Source: Hydrurus foetidus (taxonomy: Eukaryota). Taken from it: a DNA stretch of 64,000 nucleotides. The stretch's first letter is position 1, and the number at the start of each line of letters is the position of its first letter. Shown here one piece after another: positions 58,997 through 64,000 of the stretch. The position numbers and the translations under genes were made by a program. Under the pieces are notes generated by a model. It was not told the DNA's origin. It searched no databases and was given only the letters and a program-made list of their open reading frames with translations. The stretch covers positions 558,001 through 622,000 of the forward strand of contig UYFQ01000001.1 in assembly GCA_900617105.1 (NCBI GenBank). Direction: 5' to 3'.

Positions 58997-60007
58997 TTAT
59001 TCCGACTTGATGCCCTGGCTTTGGATGATCGCGCCCAGCTGTGCTGCTTCTTCGCGCACACGCAAAGCCAAGCCTTCGGGCGAGGTGCCCACGGTTTGCC
59101 AGCCTTGGTTGAACAAGCGTTGGCGGGTGTCAGGGTCGCGCAGCACGCTGAGCACGGCGGCGTTCAGCTTGGTGACGATAGGCTTGGGCAGGTTGGCCGG
59201 GCCAATCAGTGCGTTCCAGACTTCCAAATTGACCCCGTTGATGCCTGCGTCGCTCAGCGGTGCGATATCGGGCATCAAGGTGCTGCGCCCGCCGGTGATG
59301 CCGATGGCTTTGAGCTTGCCAGCCCGCACTTGCGGCAGCGCGACACCAGGGGCCATGAAGGCCAGTTGCACTTGACCGCCCAGCATGCTGGTCACGATTT
59401 GCGGGCTGCCTGCGAACGGGATGTGCACCGCTTGCAGGCCGGGTGCTTTGCTCTTGAGCAATTCCAGCCCGAGGTGCGCCACAGAGCCGTTGCCCGGCGA
59501 GCCGTAGTTCCACTGCGAGCCACTGGTCTTGGCCGCCTCAAAGAACGCGCTGCCCGATGGCAAACTCGTCTGCGCGACCAGCACCAACGGGGCTTTGGCC
59601 AGCAGCGAGATGAATTGGAAGTCCGTTGCCGGGTCGTAGGGCAGCTTGGGGTTGAGCAGTTTGGCCGAGGTCAAATTGCCGTTGATGACCACGCCAAAGG
59701 TGTGATCGTCCGTCGCTTTGGCCACCATGTCAGCGGCGATATTGCCAGAAGCACCCGGTTTGTTGTCTACCACCACGGGCTGGCCCAGTGCTTTGGACAA
59801 GCCTTCCGCCAGCGTGCGGGCCGTGGCATCCGGGCTGGAACCACCTGGGAAGCCCACCAAAATGCGCAGAGGCTTGGTGGGCCAAGTCATGGCAATTTCA
59901 GTGCTTGTGTTTTTGGTGCCAGATTGGGCTGTACCGCATACAGGTAAAGCGATGGCAGCTATTAATAATGCAGCGTATCTGAGCGTGAAGGGGGTGGTTA
60001 TGCGCAT
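58997..60007 (-). CDS. Bug/TctC tripartite tricarboxylate transporter substrate-binding protein
   Basis: WPTKPLRILVGFPGG, DNKPGASG, YGSPGNGS and HIPFAG motifs. Confidence 0.93.
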   Translation of the reverse strand: MRITTPFTLRYAALLIAAIALPVCGTAQSGTKNTSTEIAMTWPTKPLRILVGFPGGSSPDATARTLAEGLSKALGQPVVVDNKPGASGNIAADMVAKATDDHTFGVVINGNLTSAKLLNPKLPYDPATDFQFISLLAKAPLVLVAQTSLPSGSAFFEAAKTSGSQWNYGSPGNGSVAHLGLELLKSKAPGLQAVHIPFAGSPQIVTSMLGGQVQLAFMAPGVALPQVRAGKLKAIGITGGRSTLMPDIAPLSDAGINGVNLEVWNALIGPANLPKPIVTKLNAAVLSVLRDPDTRQRLFNQGWQTVGTSPEGLALRVREEAAQLGAIIQSQGIKSE

Positions 60008-60309
60008 CAGTCTGACTTTCCAACCAACTCGAAATGCTCCACAACCGGCGGTGCCGCAAAAAATGGCCCCACGATGGCTCGCCATTGGGCGAACAGCGGC
60101 GATTCACGAAAGCCCACGGTGTGGTCTTCCAACGTGTCCCAAAAAATTTGCAGCACAAAGCGCTCGGGTGACTCGATACCTCGGTTCACTTTGTAGCCTT
60201 GGAAGCCTTTGGCTTGGCTTACGATGGTGCTGGCGGCGTGCTGAATGGCAGCTTCAAAAGCAGCCTGCTGACCGGGATGGATGCGGATGTCGGCGAGTTC
60301 AAGAATCAT
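60007..60309 (-). CDS. Antibiotic biosynthesis monooxygenase (ABM)-family protein
   Basis: MILELADI and WDTLEDHTVGFR motifs. Confidence 0.88.
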   Translation of the reverse strand: MILELADIRIHPGQQAAFEAAIQHAASTIVSQAKGFQGYKVNRGIESPERFVLQIFWDTLEDHTVGFRESPLFAQWRAIVGPFFAAPPVVEHFELVGKSD

Positions 60310-60452
60310 GGCTTAGACCAGAGTTGAGGTTTTGGGGAGGACGCTAGGTGGCGACGAGGTGGTGCAAAGGGCACAAAACGGCGGCGACACCGATACCGCC
60401 CATGAGTCTAGCGCGTACCGCAAAATGCAGCTTTTGTTTTTTGGAGATTCTG

Positions 60453-60815
60453 ATGGCTGCAATTGCGCAAATCTTGACGGGCTTGGTGCTGTTGATCCAC
60501 GTCTACATCGTGCTGATCGAGACGGTGCTCTTCAAAAGCCGTGGCCGCAAAGTGTTTGCAATTGCCCCAGAGCGGGTGGAAGAGATCGCGCCCATGTTCT
60601 CGAACCAGGGCTGCTACAACGGTTTTTTGGTCGCAGCCCTGGTGCTGGGTTTTGTGTTGCCGAACGCAACCACTGCCCAAGCGTTCACCGTGTTCGGGCT
60701 GGTGTGCGTGGCTGTGGCAGGCATTTGGGGGGCGCTCACCGTGTCTAAGCGTATTTTGTTTGTGCAGACGGTGCCAGCAGTTGCAGCATTGCTGGCAGGA
60801 TTTTTGGCATCCTGA
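60453..60815 (+). CDS. DUF1304 membrane protein
   Basis: IHVYIVLIE, NQGCYNGFL and ILFVQTVPA motifs. GGAG upstream. Confidence 0.85.
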   Translation: MAAIAQILTGLVLLIHVYIVLIETVLFKSRGRKVFAIAPERVEEIAPMFSNQGCYNGFLVAALVLGFVLPNATTAQAFTVFGLVCVAVAGIWGALTVSKRILFVQTVPAVAALLAGFLAS

Positions 60816-61053
60816 GCGTGCGCTGCGCCAGCGGTTGCGCAATGTGAAAGCGAACGACGGGTTCTGCGCTCAGCCACAGCGTGCCGTCTATTGGCAGCAC
60901 CCAGGCTTCGCCCGTGTGCAACCATACGTCATTCACACGCCCTTGCAGCGTTAACCACAAACGCCCGGTATCCACACGCACCACGCAACCGGCTTTGAGT
61001 GGGCAGGCCACAGGGTGCTGGGCGCTCAGTTCATAGTGTTCGATTTTGTACAT
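60745..61053 (-). CDS. DUF2917-domain protein
   Basis: RVDTGRLWLT...DVWLHTGE motif with AGGAG upstream. Divergent from MocR. The 3' end overlaps the DUF1304 gene. Confidence 0.7.
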   Translation of the reverse strand: MYKIEHYELSAQHPVACPLKAGCVVRVDTGRLWLTLQGRVNDVWLHTGEAWVLPIDGTLWLSAEPVVRFHIAQPLAQRTLRMPKILPAMLQLLAPSAQTKYA

Positions 61054-61217
61054 GGTGGGCTCCTGTAGGGGTTAGGCGGTAAGTCCGGGTCTGGCCGCTT
61101 TGCAGCAGGTATTGCGCAGACTCTGGGCATACTGTAAGCTCTAAACCATGACAGTACCAATACAGTTGAGCAGATACTTATCTGATCTGGCTTGGTCGTA
61201 TCACCTGTACAGTTTGG

Positions 61218-62666
61218 ATGCCCATGACCACCTCACACCCCATCAATGGCCGCAGCGCCACGCTGACCGCGCAGCTCACCTTGGTGGAGCAGCTCGTGCA
61301 GTGGGCTGAGCACCGCATCCAGTCGCAGGTGTTCAGGCCAGGAATGCGCATGCCCTCGGTGCGGGAATTGGCCGCAGAGCGCGGTGTGTCGCGCTTTACC
61401 GTGGTGGAAGCCTATGAGCGCCTGGTGGCGCGAGGGCATTTGCAGGCACGGCGAGGGGCTGGTTTTTTTGTGCGCGAACCTGTGGTCAACCCGGTGCTGG
61501 CCAGTCGATCCGTACCTGCAGCGGCGCAAAAAATCGACATGGGCTGGCTGCTGCGCAACATGCAAAGCGGCTTGCCAGCCCACCTGTCGCCCGGCAGTGG
61601 TTTTTTGCCGCCTGAGTTGTGTGGGGGGGACTTGATTAAAGCCAGTTTGCGGGCCTTGGCGTCAACCCCGAGTATCCAGTTCGCACACACGGCACCTGCG
61701 CAAGGCTACTTGCCGCTGCGCGAGCAGCTTGCCCGTAAACTGGCGGAAGTGGACATCGCCGCCACGCCAGCGCACATCCTGACCACCTCGGGTGTGACGC
61801 AAGCGTTTGATCTGGTTGCCCGCACCTTTTTGCGCCCTGGCGACAGCGTGATTGTGGGTGACCCGGCATGGTCGGCGCAGCTGGGTGTGTTGTCCATGAT
61901 GGGTATTCACCTGATCGGTATGCCCTACACGCCCCAAGGGCCGGATGTGCAGGCGTTGGCAGGCTTGATCGCCTCGCACAAGCCCAAAATGCTCGTCATC
62001 AACTCGGTGCTGCACAACCCCACGGGCACGGTGCTCAGCGCGGCGGTGGCGTACCAGCTGCTGCGTTTGGCGGAGGCGCACGACATGGTGATTGTGGAAG
62101 ACGATATTTACTGCGATCTTTTACCGATCGGCCTGCCAGTTGCTCGTTTGGCCAGCTTAGACCAGCTCAAGCGGGTGATTTACATGAGCAGTTTTTCCAA
62201 AATGCTGGTACCCAGTATCCGCGTGGGTTTTCTTGCGGCCAGTCCTGACGTGGCGGAAACCTTGGGCAACCAAAAACTCCTCACCTCGCTGGGCACGCCG
62301 GAGATCAACGAGCGCATCGTTTACCGCGTGCTCACCGAAGGCAGCTACCGCAAGCACAGCCTGCGCGTGCAGCAGGCGCTGGACTGTCTGCGCGAGCCCA
62401 TGTTCAAACGCATGGAAGCCCTGGGTTTGAAACCCTTTTGCCGCCCGCAAGCAGGGGCTTTGGGCTGGTTTGATACGGGAGTGGACACCAATATGCTGTG
62501 CGCTCTGGCGCTGGAGGCGGGTTATCTGTTTGCCCCTGGCGCTTTGTTTTCGCCCTCGCAAACGCCCAATACTTGGCTTCGGATGAACGTCGCCACCAGC
62601 CATGACCCGGCGATGCTGCAATGGCTGGCCCAAACGCTAGAGCAACTGCACCGGCTGCAAAACTGA
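61218..62666 (+). CDS. MocR/GabR-family PLP-dependent regulator
   Basis: RMPSVRELA...VSRFTVVEAY, GYLPLRE, HNPTG, EDDIY and SFSK motifs. Repeated ACTGT/ACAGT motifs in the upstream intergenic region. Confidence 0.93.
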   Translation: MPMTTSHPINGRSATLTAQLTLVEQLVQWAEHRIQSQVFRPGMRMPSVRELAAERGVSRFTVVEAYERLVARGHLQARRGAGFFVREPVVNPVLASRSVPAAAQKIDMGWLLRNMQSGLPAHLSPGSGFLPPELCGGDLIKASLRALASTPSIQFAHTAPAQGYLPLREQLARKLAEVDIAATPAHILTTSGVTQAFDLVARTFLRPGDSVIVGDPAWSAQLGVLSMMGIHLIGMPYTPQGPDVQALAGLIASHKPKMLVINSVLHNPTGTVLSAAVAYQLLRLAEAHDMVIVEDDIYCDLLPIGLPVARLASLDQLKRVIYMSSFSKMLVPSIRVGFLAASPDVAETLGNQKLLTSLGTPEINERIVYRVLTEGSYRKHSLRVQQALDCLREPMFKRMEALGLKPFCRPQAGALGWFDTGVDTNMLCALALEAGYLFAPGALFSPSQTPNTWLRMNVATSHDPAMLQWLAQTLEQLHRLQN

Positions 62667-62678
62667 AATTGCAAGGAA

Positions 62679-62704
62679 ACGCGAGTTCGAATTTGAACTC
62701 GCGT
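62679..62704. other. Perfect 10-bp inverted repeat after MocR
   Basis: ACGCGAGTTC-GAATTT-GAACTCGCGT. Confidence 0.6.
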
Positions 62705-62727
62705 GTTGACGCCGTGCATCGGTTGCG

Positions 62728-63042
62728 GTGCTGCTCGTGCCAGCGGTATCGGTGTTCGCGGGCTTTGGCATGGCCGACATTGAAGCCCCCTGCGTCAGCG
62801 TGGTGGTAACGGCGACTGCTGCTGAATCAGACCAGATGACTCCGCGCCCCGTGCTGCTGCTTGACCACAGCGACAACTGCATGTCCGGTGGCACCTGCGA
62901 CACGATGGACGTGCTGCAAGCCGCACTGGCGCTGGGTGTGACGAGTTCAGACTATGGGTTGTTCCCATTTACCCAAGTGAAGCGGCCGGTTTACCCGTTG
63001 GACAGCACCGAGTTCATGCTATTGGGTAAGGTTTCCGAATAG
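62728..63042 (+). pseudogene. Internally deleted MlrC/M81 metallopeptidase remnant
   Basis: Three stitched MlrC-like blocks: SVFAGFGMADIEAPCVSVVV, PVLLLDHSDNCMSGGTCDTMDVL and GVTSSDYGLFPFTQVKRPVYPLD. Confidence 0.65.
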
Positions 63043-64000
63043 TACTGAAACTGGCCGCGCCCCATTTGCTTGGCTTCGTACATGGCGAAGTCGGCGTGCC
63101 GCACCAAATCTGCGGCTTCGATGGCATCTGAGGGGTACAGCGAGATACCGATGCTGACGGAAATTGACAGCAACTTGTCGTCTAGCGTAAATGGCAGCGC
63201 GAGCTTGTTGAGCATGGTTTGCGCCACTTTGCCTGCGTCATGGGGGTCTTGCAGGTCGCTCAAAATCACGGTGAATTCATCTCCTCCCAGACGCGCTACC
63301 GTGTCCACCTTGCGAACGCAAGATTGCATGCGTGCAGCCACTTCTTTGAGCAAAGCGTCTCCTACATCGTGGCCCAGGTTGTCGTTTACCGCTTTGAAAT
63401 GGTCTACATCGACAAACAACACCGCCAGTTTGAGGTCGCCGCGTATCGCTTGCTGCAGATTGCGCTCTAAGCGGTCGTTGAACATGGTGCGATTGGGCAG
63501 CGTGGTCAAGCTGTCAAAATACGACATCTTGAGGTAATGCTGCTCTGAATGTCGGATCGAGCGAAACCGCAGACTGAGCACCAAGGTCAGCACCCCCAAC
63601 AGCAAGCTTGTGGCGACACCTGCCAGCAGCAGCAGGGACGAGGTGTTGCCTCTGTCGCCAAAGCTGGGCAGCGTGGTCATCACCAGTGTCCAAGTGTGGT
63701 TGTAGAGCACCACGGTTGTGGTTGTTTGGAGAGCCCTTGGCGCTTGCTCGCTTGCCTCTTGTTGGTCATACATCAAGGCGGCAGGCAAGGCTTGTGCGCC
63801 GTCATAAATGCGTAGATTGATGTTATCTGCGGTTCGCCCCAGCAAGCTGTGCATCAGGTCATTGATTCGAAAGGGGCTGTTCACATAGCCGCGCAAGGCC
63901 ACCCGCCGTTGTTCCACGGTATCGGTGGGCAGACCCGGGTAGTACACGGGCAAGTACACCAAGAAACCAAAATGAGTGGGCCCTGGCTTGTTGCCATAAG
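62991..64000 (-). CDS. CHASE-domain diguanylate cyclase (5' end outside the window)
   Basis: LVYLPVY CHASE tail, TM segment, DSLTTLPNR, DVDHFKAVND and RLGGDEF motifs. Confidence 0.92.
   Translation of the reverse strand, partial: YGNKPGPTHFGFLVYLPVYYPGLPTDTVEQRRVALRGYVNSPFRINDLMHSLLGRTADNINLRIYDGAQALPAALMYDQQEASEQAPRALQTTTTVVLYNHTWTLVMTTLPSFGDRGNTSSLLLLAGVATSLLLGVLTLVLSLRFRSIRHSEQHYLKMSYFDSLTTLPNRTMFNDRLERNLQQAIRGDLKLAVLFVDVDHFKAVNDNLGHDVGDALLKEVAARMQSCVRKVDTVARLGGDEFTVILSDLQDPHDAGKVAQTMLNKLALPFTLDDKLLSISVSIGISLYPSDAIEAADLVRHADFAMYEAKQMGRGQFQYYSETLPNSMNSVLSNG

Overview
This is a chromosomal window from a GC-rich betaproteobacterium. Gene content and order look like Comamonadaceae (Rhodoferax-like), which is an inference. 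From left to right: (1) a Wzx/Wzy exopolysaccharide operon (EpsE/F/G-like export and chain-length genes, flippase, GT2, polymerase, a secreted clan GH-A hydrolase, an outer-membrane barrel, a deacetylase and an acyltransferase). (2) Converging on it, a tightly coupled five-gene operon: carrier protein, atypical acyl-CoA dehydrogenase, DUF1839, GH2 and a tandem alpha/beta-hydrolase. This is the best candidate for an uncharacterised system, probably carrier-protein-dependent glycan acylation. (3) An HI0933 flavoprotein, a ccdAB-type toxin-antitoxin pair and an orphan ParA. (4) A small defence islet: sirtuin remnant, promoter with a CGAC-N7-GTCG palindrome, a very acidic small protein, McrB with an unrecognised N-terminal domain, McrC and a WYL regulator. 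(5) Form II RuBisCO cbbM-cbbQ-cbbO with no adjacent cbbR or prk. (6) TatD, patatin, OmpA and a lipoprotein. (7) The housekeeping block serS, tRNA-Ser, thrS (with a Thr-rich leader peptide and attenuator), infC (AUC start), rpmI, rplT, pheST, ihfA, merR-like and tRNA-Pro. Several of these essential genes carry indels between about 41.0 and 45.9 kb that are most likely sequencing errors. (8) An AraC/AhpD/thioredoxin stress module, signalling genes, small metabolic genes, MocR, an internally deleted MlrC remnant and a partial diguanylate cyclase. A dispersed ~48-bp element with a GCTAT-N7-ATAGC core recurs about six times, three of them in frame inside ORFs. All family calls come from motif recognition by eye; no database searches were run.
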